Positions 9,467 through 18,592 of a DNA stretch of 32,000 nt are shown in pieces. How positions within the stretch are numbered: the stretch's first letter is position 1; each line of letters starts with the position of its first letter. The position numbers and the translations under genes are program-made. This DNA is from Corynebacterium amycolatum. Lineage in GTDB: Bacteria; Actinomycetota; Actinomycetes; Mycobacteriales; Mycobacteriaceae. The notes beneath the pieces were generated by a model that was not told the DNA's origin, did no database searches, and worked only from the letters and a program-made list of their open reading frames with translations. The stretch lies in the NCBI RefSeq assembly GCF_049243625.1, contig NZ_CP046975.1; one strand, 5' to 3'.

Positions 9467-10885
9467 GTGCCTATCGACGGCAATGGTTTCGAGCTGGGTG
9501 GCTACACCCGGCCCGATTCCACTCAATTTAATGAACTACCAGCGCATGTCTGGCCAACTACCGCCCGTCGTCGGGGTAATGACGAAGAGAATCCCGGCTC
9601 AGTGGAAATTGGCGGAGTGAGCCTGATCGACATTGCCAAAGAATTTGGCACTCCGGTTTTTGTCGTCGATGAGCAGGACTTCCGCTCCCGCTGCCGCTCG
9701 ATGGCCAAGGCCTTCCGCGGCGCGGAGAATGTCCACTACGCGTCCAAGGCTTTTCTGTCGAAGACCATTGCCCGCTGGGTAATGGAGGAGGGGCTGCATC
9801 TCGATGTCGCCTCGGGCAACGAGATGGCTATCGCTCTTGCTGCGGGCTTCCCAGCCAAGGACATGACCTTCCACGGCAATAACAAGTCCACCGCAGAGCT
9901 GCGCGATGCTATCTCAGCTGGCGTCGGCAAAATTGTGCTTGACTCCCGTTCGGAGCTGCGTCGCCTGTCCCAGGTGGCGGCTGAAGCAGGCGTGGTGCAG
10001 GACGTGCTCGTCCGCGTGAAGCCCGGTGTGGAAGCACACACCCATGAGTTCATCGCTACCGCGCACGAGGATCAGAAGTTCGGCTTTTCCCTCGCGTCCG
10101 GTTCAGCGCTGGAAGCTGCCAACCTCGTAGAAGAGGACGACAATCTGCGCCTGATTGGTCTGCACTGTCACATCGGCTCCCAGATTGTCGATTCCGACGG
10201 TTTCATTCTCGCGGCCGAGCGCGTGTTCTCGCTGGTGGAAAAGCTCGTCGAACGCCACGGCACTGAAATCTCGAAACACTTCAACACCCTTGACCTCGGT
10301 GGCGGTTTCGGTATTGCATACACCGCAGGCGAGCAGCCCCTTGACGTTGCTCCGCTTGCCGACGAGATCCTCACTGCTGTGGACAAGCTTGCGCAGCGTA
10401 TCGGCATTGAAACTCCGACAGTGGCTGTTGAACCGGGTCGTGCCATCGTTGGCCCGTCCATGGTCACGGTGTACGAAGTGGGCACTTTGAAGGATGTGAC
10501 CATCGATGAAGGCATGACCCGTCGTTATGTATCGGTCGATGGTGGAATGAGCGACAATATTCGTCCGGCGCTTTACGGCTCGAACTATGATGGTCGCGTC
10601 GTTAATCGCGAAGTATCAGGTTCCAGGATTCCCACCCGTGTCGTCGGAAAGCACTGTGAATCGGGAGACATTCTGATTAATGACGCGAACTACCCGGACG
10701 ACATTGTTGAGGGTGATCTGTTCGCGCTGGCTGCTACTGGGGCATACTGTTACGCAATGGCCAGCCGCTACAACATGCTGACGCGACCACCAGTAGTGTC
10801 GGTATGCGATGGTCAAGTGACCCAAATATTAAGACGAGAAACCGTACAAGACTTACTAAGCCTGGAGTGTGAAACGCCACGATGA
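9467..10885 (+). CDS. lysA: Diaminopimelate decarboxylase
   Basis: 472-aa ORF, GTG start with SD ggagaaagagag. PLP-lysine motif HYASKAF, plus [14 protein letters not shown] and CESGD motifs. The N-terminal [10 protein letters not shown] resembles corynebacterial LysA. Confidence 0.95.
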   Translation: MPIDGNGFELGGYTRPDSTQFNELPAHVWPTTARRRGNDEENPGSVEIGGVSLIDIAKEFGTPVFVVDEQDFRSRCRSMAKAFRGAENVHYASKAFLSKTIARWVMEEGLHLDVASGNEMAIALAAGFPAKDMTFHGNNKSTAELRDAISAGVGKIVLDSRSELRRLSQVAAEAGVVQDVLVRVKPGVEAHTHEFIATAHEDQKFGFSLASGSALEAANLVEEDDNLRLIGLHCHIGSQIVDSDGFILAAERVFSLVEKLVERHGTEISKHFNTLDLGGGFGIAYTAGEQPLDVAPLADEILTAVDKLAQRIGIETPTVAVEPGRAIVGPSMVTVYEVGTLKDVTIDEGMTRRYVSVDGGMSDNIRPALYGSNYDGRVVNREVSGSRIPTRVVGKHCESGDILINDANYPDDIVEGDLFALAATGAYCYAMASRYNMLTRPPVVSVCDGQVTQILRRETVQDLLSLECETPR

Positions 10886-12216
10886 CTGCCGCAACGAATA
10901 ATCCTGGAAAGGGCGAGGGCCACAAAGTTGGTGTCGCTATTTTAGGTCTTGGCACAGTCGGTACTGAGGTTTACCGCCTGCTCAACGAGAAGGCTGAGGA
11001 CTTCGAGCGCCGCATCGGCGGCCCGGTCGAGGTCGTTGGTATTGCTGTGAGCGACAAGACCAAGCCGCGTCCGAATGTGGATCAGGATCTTCTTACCGAC
11101 GATGCTTTTTCGCTGGTCCAGCGCGATGGCGTTGACCTGGTAGTCGAGGTCATCGGTGGCATTGATTACCCACGTCGCGTTGTGCTGGAGGCACTGCGTG
11201 CGGGCAAGTCGGTCGTGACGGCCAATAAGGCACTTGTCGCAGCTCACGGTGAGGAGCTCTCTGAGGCTGCCGATTCCTCAGGCGTCGACCTTTTCTTTGA
11301 GGCTGCTGTGGCTGCAGCTATTCCGGTCGTCGGGCCGCTGCGCCGTTCGCTGGCCGGTGACACTGTCAATACGGTCATGGGCATTGTCAACGGCACCACT
11401 AACTTCATCCTTGATGCGATGGACTCCACCGGTGCGGACTACGACGAGATGCTGGCAGAGGCCACCCGCCTGGGTTATGCCGAGGCCGACCCGACTGCAG
11501 ACGTCGAGGGCCACGATGCCGCTTCCAAGGCAGCTATTCTGGCCAGCCTGGCATTCCACACCCGCGTGACTGCTGATGACGTTCACTGCGAGGGCATTAC
11601 CGAGATCACCGCTGATGACATCGCAGCCGCCAAGAGCGCAGACTGCACCATTAAGCTGCTGGCTACCTGTGAGCGGGTCACGGACGAGAATGGCAAGGAG
11701 TCCATTTCCGCCCGCGTGTACCCAGCGCTGATTCCACGTCGTCACCCGCTGGCAACTGTGCGTGAGTCTTTCAACGCTGTATTCATTGAGGCCGAGGCCG
11801 CTGGTCGCCTGATGTTCTACGGCAACGGCGCCGGTGGTAACCCGACAGCCTCCGCAGTGCTCGGTGACCTTGTTGCCGCCGCTCGCAACATTGTCCACGG
11901 TGGTCGCGCACCGGGGGATTCCACCTACGCTAACCTGCCGATTCTCGACTTCGGTGACGTTCGCACCCGCTACCACATCGACCTGCACGTCGACGATCGA
12001 GTCGGAGTACTTGCCGATGTCGCTCGCACCTTCTCTGATCACAACATCTCCCTGCGCACCGTCCGCCAGGAAGAGGGCGCCAACGGTGCTCGCCTGGTCA
12101 TCGTGACTCACAAGGCGCTGGAGAAGGATTTGGAAGCAACGGTCGACGAATTGCGCGCCAACGACGCGGTTCTGGCCGTCAACAACGTCATTCGTATCGA
12201 AGGAATGGATATCTAA
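10882..12216 (+). CDS. hom: Homoserine dehydrogenase
   Basis: 444-aa ORF. NAD-binding GLGTVG, a central catalytic domain and a C-terminal ACT domain ([28 protein letters not shown]). Its ATG overlaps the lysA stop (ATGA, 10882-10885). Confidence 0.96.
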   Translation: MTAATNNPGKGEGHKVGVAILGLGTVGTEVYRLLNEKAEDFERRIGGPVEVVGIAVSDKTKPRPNVDQDLLTDDAFSLVQRDGVDLVVEVIGGIDYPRRVVLEALRAGKSVVTANKALVAAHGEELSEAADSSGVDLFFEAAVAAAIPVVGPLRRSLAGDTVNTVMGIVNGTTNFILDAMDSTGADYDEMLAEATRLGYAEADPTADVEGHDAASKAAILASLAFHTRVTADDVHCEGITEITADDIAAAKSADCTIKLLATCERVTDENGKESISARVYPALIPRRHPLATVRESFNAVFIEAEAAGRLMFYGNGAGGNPTASAVLGDLVAAARNIVHGGRAPGDSTYANLPILDFGDVRTRYHIDLHVDDRVGVLADVARTFSDHNISLRTVRQEEGANGARLVIVTHKALEKDLEATVDELRANDAVLAVNNVIRIEGMDI

Positions 12217-13143
12217 ATGGCACAGGAGCTTTTCCCGGGGCAGAAGGTCACTGTCACGGTTGCAGGTTCGTCAGCGAACTTGGGCCCGGGCTTCGACACC
12301 CTGGGGTTGGCCGTCGCGCTCTACGACATTGTCGAGGTCGAGGTCATCGAATCGGGTGTCGTCGTTGAGATTCACGGTGAGGGCGAAGTCGACCTGCCGC
12401 GCAACGAGTCTAATCTGGTAGTGCGCGCGATTCGCGCGGGCCTTCGCGCCGCAGGTGTCGAGGCACCGGGGCTGAAGGTTATTTGCCATAACACCATTCC
12501 GCAGTCGCGCGGCCTGGGCTCTTCCGCAGCAGCCGCCGTCGCTGGTGTCGCTGCAGCTAACGGTCTGGCCGGCTTCCCGCTTACCGACGACCAGGTAATC
12601 CAGGAATCCTCGATCTTCGAGGGCCACCCGGATAACGCTGGCGCATCCGTCCTCGGCGGAGCAGTGGTCAGCTGGACTGACAAGCCTGTCGATGGTCGCA
12701 CTGCACCTCAGTACCGAGCAGTGAGCATTCCGGTGCATAAATCCATTCAGGCGACTGCACTCGTACCGGCATTTCACGCCTCCACGAATGCGGTCCGTCA
12801 GGTGCTGCCGAGCGATGTTTCGCATGTCGACGCTCGTTTCAATGTCTCCCGTACTGCGGTTATGACCGCAGCGCTGCAGTCCCACCCGGAACTGCTGTGG
12901 GAGGGAACGCGAGATCGCCTGCACCAGCCGTACCGCTCCGACGTGCTGCCGGTGACCGCAGAGTGGGTCAACCGCCTGCGCAACCGTGGCTACGCGGCAT
13001 TCCTCTCGGGCGCTGGCCCGACCTGTATGGTTCTGGGAACTACTGCAGTGGATGAGAAGATCTTGGACGATGCCCGCGAGGCTGGCATCAAGGTCATGGA
13101 GCTGGGAATCGGCGAGCCGGTTAAGGTCGTGGTCGACGGCTAA
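12217..13143 (+). CDS. thrB: Homoserine kinase
   Basis: 308-aa ORF with the GHMP-kinase motif [12 protein letters not shown]. It starts immediately after the hom stop (TAAATG). Confidence 0.96.
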   Translation: MAQELFPGQKVTVTVAGSSANLGPGFDTLGLAVALYDIVEVEVIESGVVVEIHGEGEVDLPRNESNLVVRAIRAGLRAAGVEAPGLKVICHNTIPQSRGLGSSAAAAVAGVAAANGLAGFPLTDDQVIQESSIFEGHPDNAGASVLGGAVVSWTDKPVDGRTAPQYRAVSIPVHKSIQATALVPAFHASTNAVRQVLPSDVSHVDARFNVSRTAVMTAALQSHPELLWEGTRDRLHQPYRSDVLPVTAEWVNRLRNRGYAAFLSGAGPTCMVLGTTAVDEKILDDAREAGIKVMELGIGEPVKVVVDG

Positions 13144-13188
13144 GCCGTTACTGCGGACAGCTGCCGAGCCGGTGGCTTAGCCTACCAC

Positions 13189-14907
13189 CTACTTTTCGCC
13201 CGGCCCTTTCAGTTTCACGATGCTGTACTGGCCTGCGCTCAAGTGCGAGCGCAGGTCTTTCTTGTCGAACTTGCCCACTGAGGTCTTATCGATTGAGTCC
13301 ACGAAGGCCCAGTATTCCGGCAGCATCCACTTCGGCAGCTTTGGCCGCAGCTCATCGCGGAGCATTTCCGCGGTCTCTTTGCTCGGTTCAACTTCCGGCA
13401 TCAGCACCGTAATTGCCAGCGGGCGCTCACCCCACTTTTTATCTGGCATGCCGATAATCGCGCACTCGAGTACCTGTGGGCTTTCCATTACGAAGTTCTC
13501 CAGCTGGGCAGAGTAGATCCACTCGCCACCAGAGCGAATGACATCGCGAGCACGGTCATGAATAGTCAGGTAGCCGTCGTGAGTAATCGAGCCGACATCG
13601 CCAGTGCGTAGCCAGCCGTCCTCGGTGAACTGTTCGCTAGCCTCGTCGACCTCCGCACCGCGGAAGAAGTGAGCGGTGCCTCCAGCTTGAGCCTCCGGAG
13701 AGCTGTAGTAGCCTCCGGTGACCGTGTTGCCGCGCACCTGCAGCTCCCCCTGGTTGCGGTCATGCAGGTCGAGCACGCGGTCGTTGTCATCAACAATGCG
13801 GAACTGCATGATGTCCGGGAAACGCCCTTGGCTGACACGGTAGCGTTCGCGGGCCTCACCGGAGGCTCCGTACGGAGGGCGTGCCACGGTACCGATAGGC
13901 GAAGTCTCGGTCATGCCCCAGAAGTGGATGACGTCGACACCGTAACGCTCTTCCCATAGTCGAATCAGCGCAGGTGGAACAGGGGACCCGCCCGAGAAAA
14001 TCTCCTGCAGACTCATGCGCTTCGGAGGATTGCTGAGGTAGTGCGCCATGAGGTTAATCCACAGCGTCGGCACACCCTGAGCTACGCGTGGCATTGAGGA
14101 TTCGATGATTTCTGCCAGACGTGGCGCGGAGAGGTCCGCGCCGGGGAAAATCAGCGATGCCCCGCACATGAAGGAGGCCAGCGGCACGCCCCAGGACAGG
14201 ACGTGATAAATGGGCACACAGCACAGCCACGGGTTTCCGTGCGAAATTGAAAAGGAGTCAGTGGTGCGCATATTCAGGCTGTGCAAGTACAGCGAGCGGT
14301 GGCTGTAGACGACACCTTTAGGTGCGCCCTCGGTACCCGTCGAGTAGCACATGGCTGCGCCGGAGTTTTCGTCGAGCTCAGGCCAGTCGAAGCGGCTAGG
14401 GCGTCCGTCGATGAGTGATTCGTAGGAGTACCACGGGATGCCATCTGGCAGGTGCTCGGCCACGTCGGACAGATCTCCGATACCGATAATGATGACAGCG
14501 CGGACGCACGGGCAGTGCGGAAGAACTTCGGCGAGCAGTTCAATCTCGGTCTGGTCCGCGATAATGACCTGGTCATCGGCGTGATTGATAATGTGCACAA
14601 TCTGATCCGGCATGAGCTGCTTGTTCAGCGGCTGGAATACTGCGCCCATAGAGGCAACGCCGAGGAAGACCTCGAAGTGTTCTGCGCAGTTGTACATCAG
14701 GGTAGCGATGCGTTGGTCGCCGTCGATACCGAGCTCATCTCGAAGTGCATGTGCCAGCGCACTTGCGCGCGCGGCGATGGCGGCAAAAGTGGTGGTCTCG
14801 GGTCCGTCACTGTTCCAGGAGGTCACCGGAGTCCGACCGTGAATGGTGCGACCGTATTCCACAATCTGAGCGATATTGAGAGGAATATGAGGCATCGTAC
14901 TGCGCAT
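13189..14907 (-). CDS. Acyl-CoA synthetase / fatty-acid--CoA ligase (AMP-binding enzyme family)
   Basis: 572-aa ORF. AMP-binding motif YSTGTEGAPKGVVYSH, WGMTE, and C-terminal ...GDVG...DGYLTIHDRARDVIRSGGEWI...GKFDKKDLR. An alternative start exists at the second ATG (14895). Confidence 0.9.
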   Translation of the reverse strand: MRSTMPHIPLNIAQIVEYGRTIHGRTPVTSWNSDGPETTTFAAIAARASALAHALRDELGIDGDQRIATLMYNCAEHFEVFLGVASMGAVFQPLNKQLMPDQIVHIINHADDQVIIADQTEIELLAEVLPHCPCVRAVIIIGIGDLSDVAEHLPDGIPWYSYESLIDGRPSRFDWPELDENSGAAMCYSTGTEGAPKGVVYSHRSLYLHSLNMRTTDSFSISHGNPWLCCVPIYHVLSWGVPLASFMCGASLIFPGADLSAPRLAEIIESSMPRVAQGVPTLWINLMAHYLSNPPKRMSLQEIFSGGSPVPPALIRLWEERYGVDVIHFWGMTETSPIGTVARPPYGASGEARERYRVSQGRFPDIMQFRIVDDNDRVLDLHDRNQGELQVRGNTVTGGYYSSPEAQAGGTAHFFRGAEVDEASEQFTEDGWLRTGDVGSITHDGYLTIHDRARDVIRSGGEWIYSAQLENFVMESPQVLECAIIGMPDKKWGERPLAITVLMPEVEPSKETAEMLRDELRPKLPKWMLPEYWAFVDSIDKTSVGKFDKKDLRSHLSAGQYSIVKLKGPGEK

Positions 14908-15225
14908 AAGCTCTACAGTACCGACTCGCAGCCGCGCGACCTAGCGAAACGCAGGTGAGAACTAGTGTTGCTACCTGACTATTTGGTGACTATCCTTGGG
15001 CAATAGGTCGTTTTCAATACGCGGTTAGATACGTACTTCTTCATGTACTCCGCATGCCGTTGACCTTCGCTGTTGCTCACACAACGCGATGGCGCAACGT
15101 GACATTGAAAACACATAAATCAGTAGTGCGACTACATAGTCTTGCGGTGCTGTGGACCTAAAATTTCCTAACTATCTTCGACCTGGACGCTCGGGTTTGA
15201 GATGCGGAAATAATGTAGGCAAGAT

Positions 15226-15269
15226 GCCTCGGTTTAGTTTCAACGTCGAGGCCTTTTGCCTGGCTTTTT
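15226..15269 (+). promoter_or_regulatory. Candidate leader hairpin plus U-rich tract (possible attenuator) in the rho 5' region
   Basis: 6-bp stem gcctcg (15226-15231) / cgaggc (15247-15252) with a 15-nt loop, followed by cttttgcctggcttttt. It lies about 150 nt upstream of the rho start with no upstream same-strand gene to terminate. Confidence 0.3.
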
Positions 15270-15421
15270 CGATAATTTCCCGCCAGCTGCGGATATTTTT
15301 CCGCCCGTGGTAAAGGTTCGACGACGGAGCACACGCGGTGGCGGGCAGTAAGAACGAAAAAGTGTCAATGACATAGCCCCTGTAGAGAGTGACTGCAGGG
15401 AAGGTCGATGAAAGGACATCC

Positions 15422-17404
15422 GTGACCGATACGGACACCACTGCCACGGCAGGCGGCCCAGAGAATCTTGCGGCCCTCCGAATGGCAGAACTGCGTGAAA
15501 TCGCTTCCAGCAAGGGCATTCGCGGCATCTCCGCCATGCGCAAGCATGAGCTGATTGAGGCCATCAAGAATGGTGCCCCGGCTGCTGGTTCCGCGCCTGC
15601 TCGGAAATCCCGCGCGAAGAAGGCTGCGGCTGGGGCTGCGGATACCGGTTCCAAGGTGAAGGATGCCAAGGAATCGCCGTCGGAAAGCGCGGACAGGGAT
15701 TCCAGCAAGAGCGCCGACAAGAGCGACAAGGGCAACGACAAGCGTGACGACGCCAACGCGGATGGTCGCGAGGAGATGTCCCGCTCTCAGCAGCGTCGAA
15801 ATCGTCGTAACCGTGCTCGTCAGCGCGACCAGGAGAATCAGGACGATCGCAGTAACGATAGCCGCGACGATTCCGATAACGGCAACGACCGCGGTGAGCG
15901 TAACGACAATCGTAATGATCGCGGTGATCGCGGTGATCGTAAGGACAACCGCAATGATCGTAATGAACGCGGTGATCGCAACGACCGCAATAACCGCAAC
16001 GATCGCAACAACCACGATCGAGACAACGACGATGACGGTCGTGGCAACCGCAACAACCGTCGTGGCCGCAACAACAATCGAAATAACGATCGCAACAACC
16101 ATGACGATGAAGGTCGTGGCAACCGTAACCGCCGCAACCGTCGCAATCGCCGCGACCGTCGCGGACGCGATAACAACGGTGGGGGACACGGTGGTCAGGA
16201 CGAGATCCGTGAGGATGACGTTCTTCAGCCGGTGGCTGGCATCGTCGATGTGCTAGATAACAAGACCGCATTCGTGCGCACGTCCGGCTACCTGCCGGGC
16301 TCTAACGATGTGCTGGTGTCCGCGCAAATGGTTCGTAAGTACGGCCTGCGCAAGGGCGATGCCGTCACGGGGCAGGTCCGCATGCCGCGCGAGAATGGCT
16401 CAGGCCAGGTCACTCATGGCAACGGCCGTAATCGTCGCAAGTACAACCCGCTGGTCAAGGTCGAAACCATAAACGGCCTCGATCTGGAGCAGGCAAAGCA
16501 GCGCCCGAACTTCGCTAAGCTCACTCCGCTGTACCCGAACCGTCGTCTGCGTCTGGAGACCGAGCAGAAGATCCTCACCACTCGCGTCATCGACCTGATT
16601 ATGCCGATTGGTAAGGGGCAGCGTGCGCTCATCGTTTCGCCGCCAAAGGCTGGTAAGACCACGATCCTGCAGAACATCGCGAACGCTATCGCGACGAACA
16701 ATCCCGAGTGCTACATGATGGTCGTGCTTGTCGACGAGCGCCCGGAGGAAGTCACCGACATGCAGCGTAGTGTCCGTGGCGAGGTCATTGCCTCCACCTT
16801 CGATCGCCCGCCGTCAGATCACACAGCAGTGGCCGAGTTGGCTATCGAGCGCGCAAAGCGTCTGGTGGAACAGGAGCAGGACGTCGTCGTACTGCTGGAC
16901 TCCATTACCCGCCTTGGACGTGCGTACAACAACTCTTCGCCGGCATCGGGACGAATCCTCTCCGGTGGTGTGGACTCCAACGCTCTGTACCCACCGAAGC
17001 GCTTCTTGGGTGCTGCTCGAAACATCGAAGAAGGTGGCAGCCTCACCATCATCGCCACCGCGATGGTAGAGACCGGTTCCGCAGGTGACACCGTTATCTT
17101 CGAGGAGTTCAAGGGCACCGGTAACGCTGAGCTGAAGCTCGACCGTAAAATCTCCGAGCGCCGCGTGTTCCCGGCAGTGGATGTCAACCCGTCGGGTACT
17201 CGTAAGGATGAGCTGCTGCTCAGCACCGAGGAGGCGCGCATTATGCACAAGCTGCGTCGCATCCTCTCCGCGCTGGAGTCGCAGGCTGCTATCGACCTGC
17301 TGATTAAGCAGCTGAAGAAGACCCGAAATAACAAGGAATTCCTGATGCAGGTGGCTTCTTCTGCGCCAATGGCCGCCGACGTTGATGTGGATGACATGCT
17401 TTAG
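15422..17404 (+). CDS. rho: Transcription termination factor Rho with a long disordered N-terminal insertion
   Basis: The ORF is open from 15389. I prefer GTG 15422 (SD aaagga 5 nt upstream; N-terminus VTDTDTTA... resembles actinobacterial Rho). Rho_N helix bundle (LAALRMAELREIASSKGIRGISAMRKHELIEAIKNG), cold-shock-like RNA-binding domain (AGIVDVLDNKTAFVRTSGYLPG), Walker A SPPKAGKT, and the ATPase core through ...ERRVFPAVDVNPSGTRKDELL. Confidence 0.96.
   Translation: MTDTDTTATAGGPENLAALRMAELREIASSKGIRGISAMRKHELIEAIKNGAPAAGSAPARKSRAKKAAAGAADTGSKVKDAKESPSESADRDSSKSADKSDKGNDKRDDANADGREEMSRSQQRRNRRNRARQRDQENQDDRSNDSRDDSDNGNDRGERNDNRNDRGDRGDRKDNRNDRNERGDRNDRNNRNDRNNHDRDNDDDGRGNRNNRRGRNNNRNNDRNNHDDEGRGNRNRRNRRNRRDRRGRDNNGGGHGGQDEIREDDVLQPVAGIVDVLDNKTAFVRTSGYLPGSNDVLVSAQMVRKYGLRKGDAVTGQVRMPRENGSGQVTHGNGRNRRKYNPLVKVETINGLDLEQAKQRPNFAKLTPLYPNRRLRLETEQKILTTRVIDLIMPIGKGQRALIVSPPKAGKTTILQNIANAIATNNPECYMMVVLVDERPEEVTDMQRSVRGEVIASTFDRPPSDHTAVAELAIERAKRLVEQEQDVVVLLDSITRLGRAYNNSSPASGRILSGGVDSNALYPPKRFLGAARNIEEGGSLTIIATAMVETGSAGDTVIFEEFKGTGNAELKLDRKISERRVFPAVDVNPSGTRKDELLLSTEEARIMHKLRRILSALESQAAIDLLIKQLKKTRNNKEFLMQVASSAPMAADVDVDDML
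15779..16174 (+). repeat. Coding low-complexity codon repeat (CGN/AAY/GAY/GGY) inside rho
   Basis: About 130 codons use almost only Arg/Asn/Asp/Gly codons, with recurring units such as cgcaacgaccgcaataaccgcaacgatcgcaacaac. The ORF track shows overlapping ORFs of at least 112 aa in two plus and all three minus frames across 15838-16176. Confidence 0.85.
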
Positions 17405-17518
17405 CTGGGGTTAGCCACAAGGGGCGGTGCCACAGTGCCAGCGGTGCGACAGCGCCACCCCGTCCGAAACCACAGCACCAACCAGCATTTCACCCATCAC
17501 AATCTGAAGGAATATTCA

Positions 17519-18592
17519 ATGGCTAATCAGGTTTCCGCAGTTGACGACATCCTCTCCGAGTATCACGGGCTCGAGGCTCAGCTGGCTGACCCCGAACTGC
17601 ACAACGACCCGAAGGCTGCCCGTAAGGTCGGCAAGCGCTTCAATGAGTTGCAGCCGGTCATTCAGACTCACAAGAAGCTGACTGAAGTCCAGGATGACCT
17701 GGAGGCAGCGCGCGAGATGGCTTACGAGGACTCCGAGTTTGCAGCTGAGGCTGAGCGTCTCGCTGCCGAGGCAGAGGAGCTCGAGGAGAAGCTCGCTGAC
17801 CTGCTGGCTCCGCGCGATCCGCACGACAGCGATGACATCGTGATGGAGCTCAAGTCCGGTGCCGGCGGTGAGGAGGCAGCGCTCTTCGCAGGTGAGCTCG
17901 CTCGCATGTACCAGCGCTATGCCGAAAAGCACGGCTTTACCACCGAGATCCTCGGCCTGTCCGAGTCTGATCTCGGCGGTGTGAAGGACATGACTATGTC
18001 CGTCCGAGCTAAGACTCCGTCCCGCGACGGTGCGTGGAGCGTGTTCAAGTTTGAAGGTGGCGTCCACCGCGTGCAGCGCGTTCCGGTCACCGAATCGCAG
18101 GGCCGTATTCAGACGTCCGCCGCTGGTGTTCTGGTTTACCCGGAGCCCGACGAGGTCGAAGACATCCAGATTGATGAGAAGGATCTGCGTGTCGACGTCT
18201 ACCGCTCCTCCGGTAAGGGCGGTCAGGGTGTTAACACCACGGACTCCGCGGTTCGTCTGACGCACCTGCCGACTGGTTTGGTTGTTACCTGTCAGAAGGA
18301 ACGCTCTCAGATTCAGAACAAGGCCCGCGCTATGCAGGTCCTTGCTGCTCGACTGCAGCAGATGAAGGAGGAGGAGATCGCCGAGGCCGCCTCTGACCAG
18401 CGTAAGTCTCAGGTGCGCAACATGGATCGCTCCGAGCGCATCCGCACTTATAACTTCCCGGAGAACCGCGTGTCCGATCACCGCATCGGTTACAAGGCTC
18501 ATAACCTGGACTCGGTGCTGGGCGGCGACATGGATGACCTGCTCAAGGCCCTCCACGACGCGGAGCGCGCTGAGCGTCTTGAAGCCGAGTAG
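17519..18592 (+). CDS. prfA: Peptide chain release factor 1
   Basis: I take ATG 17519 (SD gaagga) rather than the ORF-track start 17435. RF1-type tripeptide PVT ([14 protein letters not shown]) and the GGQ motif ([17 protein letters not shown]) are present. 357 aa. Confidence 0.95.
   Translation: MANQVSAVDDILSEYHGLEAQLADPELHNDPKAARKVGKRFNELQPVIQTHKKLTEVQDDLEAAREMAYEDSEFAAEAERLAAEAEELEEKLADLLAPRDPHDSDDIVMELKSGAGGEEAALFAGELARMYQRYAEKHGFTTEILGLSESDLGGVKDMTMSVRAKTPSRDGAWSVFKFEGGVHRVQRVPVTESQGRIQTSAAGVLVYPEPDEVEDIQIDEKDLRVDVYRSSGKGGQGVNTTDSAVRLTHLPTGLVVTCQKERSQIQNKARAMQVLAARLQQMKEEEIAEAASDQRKSQVRNMDRSERIRTYNFPENRVSDHRIGYKAHNLDSVLGGDMDDLLKALHDAERAERLEAE

Noticed and set aside
13144-13188. Possible bidirectional terminator between the convergent thrB and acyl-CoA synthetase genes (taagcc...ggctta).
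   Set aside because: There is only a 6-bp outer stem with a ~27-nt loop, weak inner pairing and no T-tract on either strand. That is not convincing enough to annotate.
15054-15161. 35-codon plus-strand ORF (MPLTFAVAHTTRWRNVTLKTHKSVVRLHSLAVLWT) in the rho leader, considered as a possible leader peptide.
   Set aside because: It has no SD, no codon-run logic such as regulatory amino-acid repeats, and no obvious coupling to the downstream hairpin. I cannot distinguish it from chance.
15365-16271. Four overlapping ORFs (15365-16189 minus, 15564-16271 minus, 15663-16256 plus, 15838-16176 minus) with bizarre repetitive proteins (V/A/T/I-rich, C/H/R/G-rich, or SRRLRSL repeats).
   Set aside because: They are by-products of the stop-free CGN/AAY/GAY codon repeat inside rho. 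The rho frame is the only one continuous with conserved domains on both sides.
17421-17461. GC-rich imperfect hairpin (ggggcggtgc...gcgccacccc) just after the rho stop.
   Set aside because: It has one internal mismatch and no U-tract, and prfA follows 60 nt later in the same orientation. It is more likely an incidental structure in a co-transcribed spacer than a terminator.
17435-17518. 28-codon N-terminal extension of prfA ([28 protein letters not shown]).
   Set aside because: ATG 17519 has a good SD (gaagga) and yields the conserved RF1 N-terminus. The extension has no homology-like features.
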